In this document: positions 44,424-53,945 of the stretch, in pieces
Layout of the letters: each line of letters opens with the position of its first letter
How positions within the stretch are numbered: position 1 is the stretch's first letter
Assembly: GCA_963697175.1 (NCBI GenBank)
Contig: CAVONC010000028.1
Coordinates: forward strand, 19,718 to 83,717
Direction: 5' to 3'
DNA from: an uncultured Acidobacteriaceae bacterium
GTDB lineage: Bacteria > Acidobacteriota > Terriglobia > Terriglobales > Acidobacteriaceae
DNA: 64,000 nt
The notes under the pieces: generated by a model
What the model saw: the letters and a program-made list of their open reading frames with translations, nothing else
The model's database searches: none
What the model was told of the DNA's origin: nothing
Translations under genes and position numbers: made by a program

Positions 44424-44862
44424 CCGGACTTTCACCACGGGCTGCCAGCCGAAAGAAGGCTAGAACAGGGCACCCGGCAACTGCCCCGCCCTAGCCAAAA
44501 GACTTGGAAAAAAGCAGGTCCCTCGGCTCGCTACGCTCGCTCGGGATGACAGAACGGGGCACCCGGCGTTTTCTCACAGCGTTGAACGCGGGCCTGAAGG
44601 CCCGGCTCTTCAACCGAACCATTGAGCCCTCATGTACGGCCGCTCCGGCTGCCGGTCACAATGTCATGTGATGGTGTGACGAAGATCACAAACACCTGGC
44701 CCGTCGAAAAGCTATGCTGAATCTCGTTTATCCGCCGGAGAAGGCCCACCTCAGGCGGTTCGCTCGAGCAAAGAAGCGGCCCGGTTTCTTGACTTGCTCT
44801 GTTGGCGAACTCGATAATCAAAGGTTATCTCTACGCTCCCGCGTTCATAAGGAGTCGGCCTC

Positions 44863-45591
44863 GTGGCTTCATCGGCCAGTTCCATCGAAACCAGTACGAC
44901 CAGAATTCCGAAAGGAGTAGCTCCGCTGCGTGCCGGCGAAGGCTCCTCTTTTATTTTGCGCCGACTGCATTCGCTCTCCGGCATCGTGCCCATCGGCGCG
45001 TTTCTGATCGAGCATTTCATCTCCAACTCGGAATCCGCCAACGGAGTGCAGGCCTATAACGACCAGGTGAAGTTTCTGACCAGTCTGCCTTTTGTGCACG
45101 TGCTGGAATGGGTCTTCATCTTTCTGCCGCTGCTTTACCACGGTCTGTACGGAATCTATATCTGGTATCGCGGCGATGCCAATGTCGGCGAATATCCGTG
45201 GAGCGGCAATTGGCTGTATACGGCGCAGCGCTGGACGGGAATCATTGCCTTCGCCTACATCCTGTATCACGTGATCGACATGCGCTTCATGGGCGTTCAT
45301 CTGATGGGCGGGGGATATAACAACGCGTTCTCGAAAGTCTGGTTCGATTTCCAGAAGCCGTGGGTGGTAGCGGTGTACGTCATCGGAATTGTGGCGGCGT
45401 CGTGGCACTTTGCCTATGGCGTGTGGCTGTTCGCGGCCAAGTGGGGATTGACGGTGGGCGAGCAGGCGCGGCGCAAGTTTGGATATGTCTGTTTCGCGCT
45501 GGCGATTTTGCTGGTCGGCATCGGCATGTATAGCGTGCGAGGATTTGTAACCACGCCGGCTGATCAGGTTCCTTACGTCGAGCACGACTAG
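44863..45591 (+). CDS. sdhC: succinate dehydrogenase/fumarate reductase cytochrome b subunit (b558 type)
   Basis: GTG 44863 has AAGGAG 8 nt upstream. FILRRLHSLSGIVPIGAFLIEHF plus five TM helices is typical, and the gene lies upstream of sdhA/sdhB. Confidence 0.8.
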   Translation: MASSASSIETSTTRIPKGVAPLRAGEGSSFILRRLHSLSGIVPIGAFLIEHFISNSESANGVQAYNDQVKFLTSLPFVHVLEWVFIFLPLLYHGLYGIYIWYRGDANVGEYPWSGNWLYTAQRWTGIIAFAYILYHVIDMRFMGVHLMGGGYNNAFSKVWFDFQKPWVVAVYVIGIVAASWHFAYGVWLFAAKWGLTVGEQARRKFGYVCFALAILLVGIGMYSVRGFVTTPADQVPYVEHD

Positions 45592-45724
45592 GTTTGAAAG
45601 GTTAGCGCTTTAAGAGGCTGCTGAAAAACTCTGACCTGCCCGGTTTGTGCCGCCGGCTGAAGCCGGCTCGGGCGAGAAATAAACGACTGGTCGGCACGAC
45701 TAAAGTCGTGCCCCTTCAAAAATT

Positions 45725-47513
45725 ATGGCTCATCCTAAGATCATCGTTGTGGGTGGCGGACTGGCGGGACTCGCCGCGACCATCAAGATTGCCGAGATGG
45801 GAGGTCACGTCGACCTCTTCTCCATCGTTCCGGTCAAGCGGTCTCACTCGGTGTGCGCGCAGGGCGGCATCAACGCCGCCAAGAACCTGAAGGGTGAAGG
45901 CGACTCCACCTGGATCCACTTCGACGACACCGTCTACGGCGGCGATTTCCTGGCGAACCAGCCGCCGGTGAAGGCAATGTGCGATGCGGCACCCGGCGTC
46001 ATCGACCTTCTCGATCGCATGGGCGTTCCCTTCAATCGCACGCCGGAAGGATTGCTGGATTTCCGCCGGTTTCGGCGGCACGCTCTACAACCGCACCGCC
46101 TTTGCCGGCGCGACCACAGGCCAACAACTGTTGTACGCGCTGGACGAGCAGGTGCGGCGCTACGAATCCGAAGGCAAGGTTAAGAAGTACGAAGCGTGGG
46201 AGTTCCTCTCGGCGGTCATCGACGAGAATCGTGTCTGCCACGGCATCTGCGCGCTGGACCTTCGCGGCATGGGAGTTCACACCTTTCCGGCGGAAGCCGT
46301 CATCATGGCGACCGGCGGCAACGGCGCCATCTTCGGCAAATCCACCAACTCGGTGGTGTGTACGGGATCGGCGCAATCGGCGCTGTATCAGCAGGGCGCG
46401 TTTTACGCCAACGGTGAATTCATCCAGGTGCATCCGACGTGCATTCCCGGCGAAGACAAGCTGCGGCTGATGTCGGAGTCGGCGCGCGGCGAGGGCGGCC
46501 GCGTTTGGGTGCCAAGACAGCCGAGTGACAAGCGCGATCCCAAGAGCATTCCGGAGAGTGAGCGCTGGTACTTCCTGGAAGAGTGGTATCCGAAGTACGG
46601 CAACCTGGTGCCGCGTGACATCGCGACTCGCGCTATTCACAAGGTTGTCTACGAGCACAACCTGGGCATCGACGGCCAGCCGATGGTCTACCTCGACCTG
46701 ACGCACATCGATCGCAAGACTCTTGATCGCAAGCTGGAAGGCATTCTGGAGATCTACGAGAAATTTGTCGGCGACGATCCGCGCGATACGCCGATGAAGA
46801 TCTTCCCCGGCATGCACTACACCATGGGCGGCCTGTGGGTGGACTTCGAGCAGCGGACGAACATCGAAGGGCTGTACGCCGCGGGCGAGTGCGACTACTC
46901 GATTCACGGCGCCAACCGGTTGGGCGCGAACTCGCTGTTGTCGTGCATCTATGGCGGATTTATCGCTGGGCCGCACTCGGTGAAATATGCGCACGGCATG
47001 ATCAAGAGCGGAAAACATCCCGGCCAGCACGTCTTCGACTCCGAACGGAAGCGGCAGGAAGAAATTAACGCTCGCCTGATGAAGAACGATGGCACGGAGA
47101 ATCCGTTCCTGCTGTGGCGCGAGTTGGGTGACACCATGACCAAGAACGTCACGGTCATTCGCTACAACAAGAATATTCAGGAGACCGATGCGAAGCTGGT
47201 CGAGTTGCTGGAGCGCTACACGCATGTGAATCTCAGCGACAAGTCAATGTGGGCGAATACGTCGTTCGTCTTTGCGCGGCAGCTCTACAACATGCTGCAA
47301 CTGGCGCGCGTGATCGCACAGGGCGCGGCGATGCGCGATGAGTCGCGTGGGGCGCATTACAAGCCGGACTTCCCGGAGCGTGACGATGCGAACTGGTTGA
47401 AGACGACGAAGGCATACTTTGCGGCGGACGCCGACGAGCCGCGCTTCGAGTTCGAGCCGGTGGACACGTCGCTGATCAAGCCGCGGCCGAGACGGTACGA
47501 CGCGGCGACGTAG
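45725..47513 (+). pseudogene. sdhA: succinate dehydrogenase flavoprotein subunit, apparent 1-nt insertion at 46070-46072 (TT to TTT)
   Basis: It has IIVVGGGLAGLAA (FAD) and HSVCAQGGINA. LLDFRRF is followed in the next frame by GGTLYNRTAFAGATTGQQLLYALDEQ. MSESARGEGGRVW is also present. Confidence 0.9.
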
Positions 47514-47517
47514 AGGC

Positions 47518-47543
47518 AGTTTCAGTTTCAGTTTCGAGTTTCA
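47518..47543 (-). repeat. AGTTTCN array (reverse complement of the YGAAACT family), preceded by GGC
   Basis: The array ggc agtttc agtttc agtttcg agtttca lies 5 nt after the sdhA stop. Confidence 0.85.
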
Positions 47544-47569
47544 GGCGCGCTAGGAAGTGACAGTCTGGC

Positions 47570-47604
47570 GCGAAGAGCGAACAGCGAATAGCGATAAGCG
47601 AACA
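47570..47604 (+). repeat. period-7 tandem array GCGANNA (5 units) running into the sdhB start codon
   Basis: The array reads gcgaaga gcgaaca gcgaata gcgataa gcgaac-ATG. Confidence 0.8.
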
Positions 47605-48355
47605 TGGCAAATTCTAAAACCGTACTCATAAAGATCAAGCGGCAGGACACTCCCGAGTCGAAACCGTACTGGGAGGAGTTCGAACTGCAGTTTCGTCCGG
47701 GGATGAACGTGACCTCGGCGCTGATGGATATCGCCGCCAATCCGGTGACCAAGCAGGGCAAGCCGACGACGCCGGTCACCTACGATTCCAACTGCCTGGA
47801 AGAGGTGTGCGGCTCGTGCGCCATGATCATCAACGGGCAGGCGAAGATGGCGTGTTCGACGCTGATCCATCAATTGAAGCAGCCGATCACGCTGGAGCCG
47901 TTCTCCAAGTTCCCGGTGGTGCGCGATCTGGCGGTCGATCGCAGCGTGCTGTTCGAGAATCTGAAGAAGGTGAAAGCGTGGGTCCCGGTGGACGGCACCT
48001 ACGATCTCGGCGCCGGCCTGCGCCAGATGTCGCAGGAGCAGGAAGAGGCCTATCCGCTGTCGCGCTGCATTTCGTGCTGCTGCTGCATGGAAGCGTGTCC
48101 GCAGTTCAACGAGAAGACCGGATTCGTCGGCGCGGCCACCATCTCGCAGGTGCGGCTGTTTAATTCGCATCCCACGGGCAAAGGCTGAAGATCGAGCGCC
48201 TGCAAGCGTTGATGGGCGAAGGCGGCATCCAGGAATGCGGCTACGCGCAGAACTGCGTCGAAGTCTGCCCCAAGGAAATTCCGCTGACCAAGTCGATCGC
48301 CGATGTAGGCGGGCAAGTGATGTGGCAGGCGGTGAAGGACTTCTTCCGGTCGTAA
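47604..48355 (+). pseudogene. sdhB: succinate dehydrogenase iron-sulfur subunit, apparent frameshift near 48178-48188
   Basis: It has CLEEVCGSCAMIINGQ and CISCCCCMEACPQF. After HPTGK the conserved end LKIERLQALMGEGGIQECGYAQNCVEVCPKEIPLTKSI... continues in another frame to TAA 48353-48355. Confidence 0.9.
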
Positions 48356-48359
48356 ACGG

Positions 48360-48390
48360 GCTGTCAGCTGTCGGCTCTGAGCTGTCGGCT
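48360..48390 (+). repeat. period-7 tandem array GCTGTCN (4.5 units)
   Basis: The array gctgtca gctgtcg gctctga gctgtcg gct lies directly after the sdhB stop. Confidence 0.75.
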
Positions 48391-48405
48391 AAAGCGAAAT
48401 TTAAA

Positions 48406-48433
48406 AGCTCGGATTCCGATCCGAGCTTTTGTT
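48406..48433. terminator. bidirectional rho-independent terminator between sdhB and the convergent DinB-family gene
   Basis: The 9-bp stem is agctcggat / atccgagct and the loop is tccg. AAAA lies on the left and TTTGTTT on the right. Confidence 0.75.
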
Positions 48434-48465
48434 TGGCTTCAGAGTCGTGTGAACGGGGTTGTCGT

Positions 48466-48966
48466 CTAACCTTCCAGGACCTTGCGGATCTGCTCCATGT
48501 GGTTGAGATCGTGGCCGGCGATGAGCTGTACCAGGTCGCGGACGGTCAGGCGGCCGCGTTCCGCGTGCATGCCATAGTGCTCCCACTGCTCGGGAGTGAG
48601 GCGATCGAACACACGCAGATTGTTCTCGCGCAGCATGCGAAAGAGTTGCAGCGAATCGGCCGGCGTACGCGAAGGGTAATCTCCCAACTTGTTCCACATT
48701 TCCTGGTCGTAGGGCGAGAGCGGGCAGCCATTCTGCTCGACCATCTGGCGATAGCGCCAGGAGTTGACGATCTCAGCCTCGGCGAGATGCGCGATCACCT
48801 CGCCGATCGACCACTTGGCGGGATCGGGACGCTGGTACAGTTTGCTGTCGGAAACGCCGACGATCAATTGCGCCAGCGCGGCCGGCGTTTGGCGCTGGAC
48901 TTCGATTGGGTCTTTGCCTTCCACGAAGGACAGGATGCGAGCTTTGTATACGTCGGCAGTTGCCAC
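48466..48966 (-). CDS. DinB-family protein
   Basis: 166 aa. WSIGEVIAHLAEAE ... LIAGHDLNHMEQI is the His-triad four-helix-bundle pattern of the DinB superfamily. Confidence 0.7.
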   Translation of the reverse strand: MATADVYKARILSFVEGKDPIEVQRQTPAALAQLIVGVSDSKLYQRPDPAKWSIGEVIAHLAEAEIVNSWRYRQMVEQNGCPLSPYDQEMWNKLGDYPSRTPADSLQLFRMLRENNLRVFDRLTPEQWEHYGMHAERGRLTVRDLVQLIAGHDLNHMEQIRKVLEG

Positions 48967-49442
48967 AAAAGCCTCCAGGAAGTCGATCGGTAAAGAGTTT
49001 AGGAAACTCTGATTAAGTTCCAGCGGCTAAAGCCGCAATAATTTTGCTGAGCTTACGGACGGCCTGAAGAGAGTGTGTCGCGGCCCGTGCCGCCGCTCCG
49101 CGGCTCGAACCGCAGATCCCTCGGTCGGGCTGAAGCCCTCGGTCGGGATGACAAAAAAAAGAGCCGGAACGTTGGCCTGAAGGCCGTCCCCTTCAAGGCT
49201 CAAGTCCGTCCCCGTCACAACTGAAGTCCGTCCCCTCAAGGCTAAAGTCCGTACCCTTCACAGCCGGAAGATTGTTCCCTTCAGACCCGGACTTTAGCAG
49301 AGTCTTCTTGGCCGTTCCATCTGAACAGCGCGAGAAGGCCACTATGGGCGTTCGACGTGGATCGGCGATAGTCGTGAGCGCCGCCCGCATCATTTACAAT
49401 CCAAGCGCAGCCAATTTTCTGCTGGAGCTGGCGATCCGCCTG

Positions 49443-50727
49443 ATGAGACGTACTTATCGATTCGTTCTGTTCGTTCTCTGTTCCGCCGCGATAGCTTTCA
49501 CACAAACTGCGCCTTCAACGCAATCAACGGGGACGGCCAAGGGTGGCGACCCGCTCACCCCGGAACAGGCTCTCGCGGTCCACAACTCGGCGATCATTAT
49601 CGACACGCACGCTGACACGCCGGGGCGATTCGTCGATGAGAACTTCGATCTGGCGCAGGATGCCGGGCACGGGCTATCTCGACTTCAACAAGATCAAGGC
49701 GGGCAATCTGGGCGCGGAATTCTTTTCCATCTGGGTTGAGCCGAAGGCGTTCAAAGGCAACGAAGCCAAGCGCGCGCTGGACATGATCGACTCGGTGTAC
49801 GAGCAGGCGCGGCGGCATCCCGACAAGATGATGATGGCGTACGGCACCCACGACATCATTGTGGCGCATCGCGAGCACAAGCTGGCGGCGCTGCTGGGCG
49901 TCGAGGGCGGGCACGCGATCGAGGGCGACATCCGAATCCTGCGCGATTATTACCGGCTGGGCGTGCGTTACATGACGCTGACGTGGTCGAACACCAACGA
50001 CATTGGCGACTCCAGCGGCGACATGACCGACCAGAACATTCAGCATCACGGCGGGCTCACTCCGTTTGGGCGCGAGGTGGTGACGGAGATGAACCGGATG
50101 GGGATGATGGTCGACATCTCGCACGTTGCCGATTCGACGTTCTACCAGGCGCTGGAGCTGAGCAAGGCGCCGGTGATTGCGTCGCACTCGTCGTCGCGCG
50201 CGCTGACTAACGCGCCGCGCAATATGACCGACGACATGCTGAAGGCGCTGGCGGCGAAGAACGGCGTGGCGCAGGTGAATTACTATTGCGCGTTCGTTTC
50301 GCAGAAGTATCTGGACACGGCGAAGCAGCTGGGGGCGCAACACGATCCGGATTATGAGGCGGTGCAGGCGCTGTTCATCAAGCCACAGACGCCGGAGGTG
50401 GTGAAGCAGTTGGCGGAGGCGAAGGCAAAGCTGGCGCCGAAGCTGCCGCGGCCGCCGCTCAGCGATCTGATAGATCACATCGACCATATGGTGAAGGTTG
50501 CGGGCGTGGATCATGTGGGACTGGGATCGGATTTCGATGGCATTGATTGCTCGCCGCAGGGGCTGGATTCGGCGGCCGATCTGCCGAAGATCACGGAAGC
50601 GCTCTCCCAGCGCGGATATTCGGCGGCCGATCTTGATAAGATTCTTGGCGGAAATCTGTTGAGAGTGTTTGGAGAAGTGGAGAAGGTGTCGAGGGAAATG
50701 CAGAAGGCGGGGACTGGGGGATCGTGA
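49443..50727 (+). pseudogene. membrane dipeptidase (peptidase M19), apparent 1-nt insertion at 49665-49667 (GG to GGG)
   Basis: ATG 49443 precedes a signal peptide. It has IIIDTHADTP. DLAQDAG is followed in the next frame by TGYLDFNKIKAGNLGAEFFSIW. GVEGGHAIEG, MTLTWSNTN, DISHV and ASHSSSRAL are also present. Confidence 0.85.
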
Positions 50728-50775
50728 ATCGTTGATCGTGAATCGTTGATCGTGGATGGTGAATCGTGGGGCGTG
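50720..50775 (+). repeat. period-7 tandem array NNNCGTG (8 units)
   Basis: The array reads gatcgtg aatcgtt gatcgtg aatcgtt gatcgtg gatggtg aatcgtg gggcgtg and spans the dipeptidase stop codon. Confidence 0.85.
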
Positions 50776-50815
50776 AGACTCAGTGCAATCAGTCGCCAGT
50801 GACGATACACCGATT

Positions 50816-50848
50816 GACGAGCCACGAATCACGAGCCACGAGCCACGG
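50816..50848 (+). repeat. period-7 tandem array CACGANN (4.5 units), roughly complementary to 50720..50775
   Basis: The array gacgagc cacgaat cacgagc cacgagc cacgg ends 14 nt before the cyclophilin ATG. Confidence 0.85.
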
Positions 50849-50862
50849 TCTTTGGAGGAATT

Positions 50863-51501
50863 ATGAATCGAATTTTCATCGCAATTCTTTGTCTGGCGAG
50901 CCTGGCGGCGGCGCAGACGACTTCGCAGCAACATTCAACAACCGAGAAGAGCAATCAGAAGACAGCCGAGCCGGTGGCGGTGATCGAGACGACGGCCGGC
51001 AACATCACCTGCACATTGTTTCCTAACCAGGCGCCGCTGTCGGTGGCCAACTTTATTGGTCTAGCGACGGGCACGAAGGACTGGAAGGATCCCAAGACCG
51101 GCAAGACGATGCACGGCGTGCCGCTGTACGACGGCACCATCTTTCATCGCGTGATTCCAAACTTCATGATTCAGGGCGGCGATCCGATTGGGACGGGGAC
51201 GGGCGATCCTGGCTACCAGATCAAAGACGAGGTCAGCTCGACTCTGACGTTCAATCAGCCGGGACGGCTGGCATACGCCAACAGCGGACCGAATACGAAT
51301 GGCTCGCAGTTCTTCATCACCGAAGTTCCGTATGAATCGCTGAACGGCCATTACAGCATTTTTGGGCAGTGCCAGGACCTCGACGTGGTGAAGAAGATCG
51401 CGCGGATGGCGCGAGATCCGCGGAATGATAAGCCGTACGATCCGGTGAAGATCACCAAGATCAAGATCAGTAACGCGCCGGCAGGGAAGAAGGGGCAGTA
51501 G
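50863..51501 (+). CDS. cyclophilin-type peptidyl-prolyl cis-trans isomerase, secreted
   Basis: GGAGGA lies upstream of the ATG. After the signal peptide come FHRVIPNFMIQGGDP and NSGPNTNGSQFFIT. Confidence 0.92.
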   Translation: MNRIFIAILCLASLAAAQTTSQQHSTTEKSNQKTAEPVAVIETTAGNITCTLFPNQAPLSVANFIGLATGTKDWKDPKTGKTMHGVPLYDGTIFHRVIPNFMIQGGDPIGTGTGDPGYQIKDEVSSTLTFNQPGRLAYANSGPNTNGSQFFITEVPYESLNGHYSIFGQCQDLDVVKKIARMARDPRNDKPYDPVKITKIKISNAPAGKKGQ

Positions 51502-51517
51502 GGTTCTGGGCCACGAT

Positions 51518-51571
51518 AGGGGTCCTTCGACTGCGTTCGGCTGACGCCTCACTGCGCTCAGGATGACACGG
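51518..51571 (+). repeat. REP family AGGGGTCCTTCGAC...GCTCAGGATGACACGG (copy 2)
   Basis: See 42942..43000. It lies downstream of the cyclophilin gene. Confidence 0.75.
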
Positions 51572-51915
51572 CGGTTGTTGGTTAATGCGCGCGAAAGCCC
51601 AGTTAGCGTCCAAAGGACTGACGCCGAACTGCGCTCGACGACCATTGATTCAGCGCGGGCAATCGTCAGATTCCCGATGGCGCGAAACCCCGACAACAAT
51701 TCCCGATGACGATCCCCGAGGACAATTCCCTTTATGGGACGGCGTTCGCGACGGGCATGCGTCACCTTAGGACGTGAGGCGCGTCACAGCCCGTCGGTCC
51801 GGCTTGGGGAACAATGGGCACAGGGATGGGTAGCCGAAGGGGTAGCTGAACCCCGCCCGAGTCCAAAACGGAACTTGCCGGGGGCCCCGAATTTACCCTG
51901 CCGGGGGTGTCGATT

Positions 51916-52311
51916 ATGTCCGACGATAAGCGCGATGTGCTGGAAGTCCTTCGTTATGAACTAAATTTCCTGGAACAGGGCGGATATGGGAATTGGTATA
52001 GCACGCCCTGGGGCCCGGCCTCGATTTTCCAGGATTCGCTCAGCTGTCCCAACCATGGCGATCCCACGCGGCCTCACGCCTGCCATGAGTGCCTGCTCTA
52101 CGACTTTGTGCCGGAGGAGTACCGCACTGACGACATTCCGTGCCATCACATCCCGTTGAATCGAAACGGGGTAACGGTGGAGACCTCGAGCCAGTCGGAA
52201 GAGGAGCTGCGCGAGAACGTGAAGCACTGGCTGAAGCGGACGATCGCGAGGATCGAAGCCGACCGTGCCAAGCAGGCCAAGGACTGCACCGAAGTAAAGC
52301 AGCCGGCGTAA
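51916..52311 (+). CDS. hypothetical Cys/His-rich protein
   Basis: The ORF has a cluster of potential metal ligands (CPNHGDPTRPHACHEC ... CHH). The start may be ATG 51916 or GTG 51907. I recognise no family. Confidence 0.4.
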   Translation: MSDDKRDVLEVLRYELNFLEQGGYGNWYSTPWGPASIFQDSLSCPNHGDPTRPHACHECLLYDFVPEEYRTDDIPCHHIPLNRNGVTVETSSQSEEELRENVKHWLKRTIARIEADRAKQAKDCTEVKQPA

Positions 52312-52437
52312 CATCGCGGAATTTCCCAATTTGGAACGGATGAAAAATTCTCCGGACGGTTCTGCGTCTGGCTGAGCGTGTTGCAGGTAGAATGCCGCCT
52401 GACTGCCCATTTGTTTGGTTCTGTGGAAAGGTGTGCC

Positions 52438-52953
52438 ATGCAACGAACGTTTGCCTCATTGACCGCTCAGGAGGCGCTAGGAATCGCCATCTCCATTGAG
52501 GAGCGCAACGCCGAGATCTACCATCGCTTCGCCGAGATGTTCACCGAATTCGCAGACGAGGAGTCGCTGGAGATTGCCTCCGTCTTCTGGGAGATGGCGG
52601 TGGAGGAACGGGGTCATCATGCCATGCTGGAGGGGAAATACTGGGAGCAGTACGGAATTCCGGAGCGCCTCTCGACCGAAGACGATCTGATCGAGCTGAT
52701 TGAGGTTCCCAAGCTGAATACAGCGGAGGTCTTTGCCGGGGGTAGCGAGCTCTCGGCGCGCCAGCGCGCGTTGCAGGTAGCGTTACGGGCGGAGGCGAGC
52801 GCACAACAGTTCTACAGCAAGCTGGCGGAGCAAGCTCCTGACAGCCCCCTGCGGCAGACGTATCAGGAACTGGCGGCGATGGAGGACGGGCACATCGCCT
52901 TCCTGGAAGCGAGGCTGGCGCAAGATGAGGCCGGGAAGCCGACCGTGCAGTGA
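52438..52953 (+). CDS. ferritin-like (rubrerythrin/erythrin-type diiron four-helix bundle) protein
   Basis: The start is ATG 52438. Two ExxH motifs (VEERGHH, MEDGHI) and paired Glu-containing helices (SIEERNAEIY, RAEASAQQFY) are present. Confidence 0.6.
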   Translation: MQRTFASLTAQEALGIAISIEERNAEIYHRFAEMFTEFADEESLEIASVFWEMAVEERGHHAMLEGKYWEQYGIPERLSTEDDLIELIEVPKLNTAEVFAGGSELSARQRALQVALRAEASAQQFYSKLAEQAPDSPLRQTYQELAAMEDGHIAFLEARLAQDEAGKPTVQ

Positions 52954-52981
52954 GGCGGCGGACCAAGGTTCGCGGAGTTTC

Positions 52982-53551
52982 TTACCTTACCTTCAATGGG
53001 TGCTGTTGAGTGGCGGGTGGCACGATTCCGTTCATCCGCAGATATTCGGCGATCTGCCCGTAGTGATCGGAGATGTGCCACACCGCGACGACGGCCAAGC
53101 CGAGCTTGGTGTTCGGCGCGGCATAGGGGCCATTGACCCTGTCCAGCGCATTCTTAGCATTGACGGTCGCCAGGACCTTCTCGCTGTAGGCGAACGAATC
53201 GCGCAGATACTGGAGCAACTCGGCCTTCGTATTGGCTTTCGATGGACCACCCTGCGCGCAGCGATCAGGCGGAGTCTTACCTTCGATCTCGTTGAAGAAG
53301 CCCTCGTTCACGCACGCCACATGCTTCACTTGCTCGCCGAAAGAGCGCGCGTCTTTGAAGCTGCCGGCGGGTGGGATGAAGGAGTACTTGTCGGCAGGCA
53401 TGGCTTCGGCTGCGGAGAGAAACTGTTGCTGAGCGAATTGAAGCACGTCGCCTACGCTGGCGGAAATGCTCTTGGGGATGTCGTCGTTTTGGGCGAGAGC
53501 CGGCGCGATCATTAGCAACATCAACAACAAAGTGCAGGTGAGGGTTTTCAT
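52982..53551 (-). CDS. DinB-family protein, secreted
   Basis: ATG 53551 precedes a signal peptide (MKTLTCTLLLMLLMIAPALA). FGEQVKHVA ... VWHISDHYGQIAEYLR is the DinB-like His pattern. Confidence 0.65.
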   Translation of the reverse strand: MKTLTCTLLLMLLMIAPALAQNDDIPKSISASVGDVLQFAQQQFLSAAEAMPADKYSFIPPAGSFKDARSFGEQVKHVACVNEGFFNEIEGKTPPDRCAQGGPSKANTKAELLQYLRDSFAYSEKVLATVNAKNALDRVNGPYAAPNTKLGLAVVAVWHISDHYGQIAEYLRMNGIVPPATQQHPLKVR

Positions 53552-53715
53552 GGACGCTCCTTGCGTTTGCGGCGCAATCATACCGTGTGAGCTGCGTTCG
53601 TAGACAGCCGCCGGTCACTTGATTGCCACGCTTCATCCCACGCTAGTGGCAGGCTGCGGCGGCGAATTTGCGCAACTAATCCGAAGGATGGGGTATCCTT
53701 ATAGAGGGAGTTGAC

Positions 53716-53889
53716 ATGCTTGATAACCTGTTTCAGCCGATGCACCTGCTGGTGATCCTGTTTATCGCCTTGCTGGTGTTTGGCCCCAAGAAGCTGCCTG
53801 AGCTTGGCAAGGGACTGGGTGAGGGAATTCGCAGCTTCAAAGAATCGATGAAGGACCAGACGCCCAGCGACGGAGAGAAGAAGCCGTAA
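53716..53889 (+). CDS. tatA: twin-arginine translocase subunit TatA/E
   Basis: This 57-aa ORF is too short for the supplied track (track minimum is 60 aa). It reads MLDNLFQPMHLLVILFIALLVFGPKKLPELGKGLGEGIRSFKESMKD..., with a GGGAG motif upstream. Confidence 0.85.
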   Translation: MLDNLFQPMHLLVILFIALLVFGPKKLPELGKGLGEGIRSFKESMKDQTPSDGEKKP

Positions 53890-53945
53890 CGGCCGAGGTT
53901 GGCCCTCCGTTGCAGTGAGCGATTCCTGAGCTACGGCTGTTCCCA

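Noticed and set aside
46032-47225. Long antisense ORFs: 46032-47225, 49597-50934, 5016-6095, 16136-17068, 33396-34088, 44869-45585, 38333-39214, 10532-11299 and many shorter ones
   Set aside because: Each lies opposite a gene with strong conserved motifs. Each has the Arg/Gly/His/Leu-rich, motif-free composition typical of shadow ORFs in high-GC DNA.
48176-48190. The in-frame TGA at 48186-48188 in sdhB as selenocysteine or programmed frameshifting
   Set aside because: The conserved sdhB C-terminus continues in another frame, not after the TGA in the same frame. The window has about two dozen similar single-base disruptions. No SECIS-like hairpin is evident.
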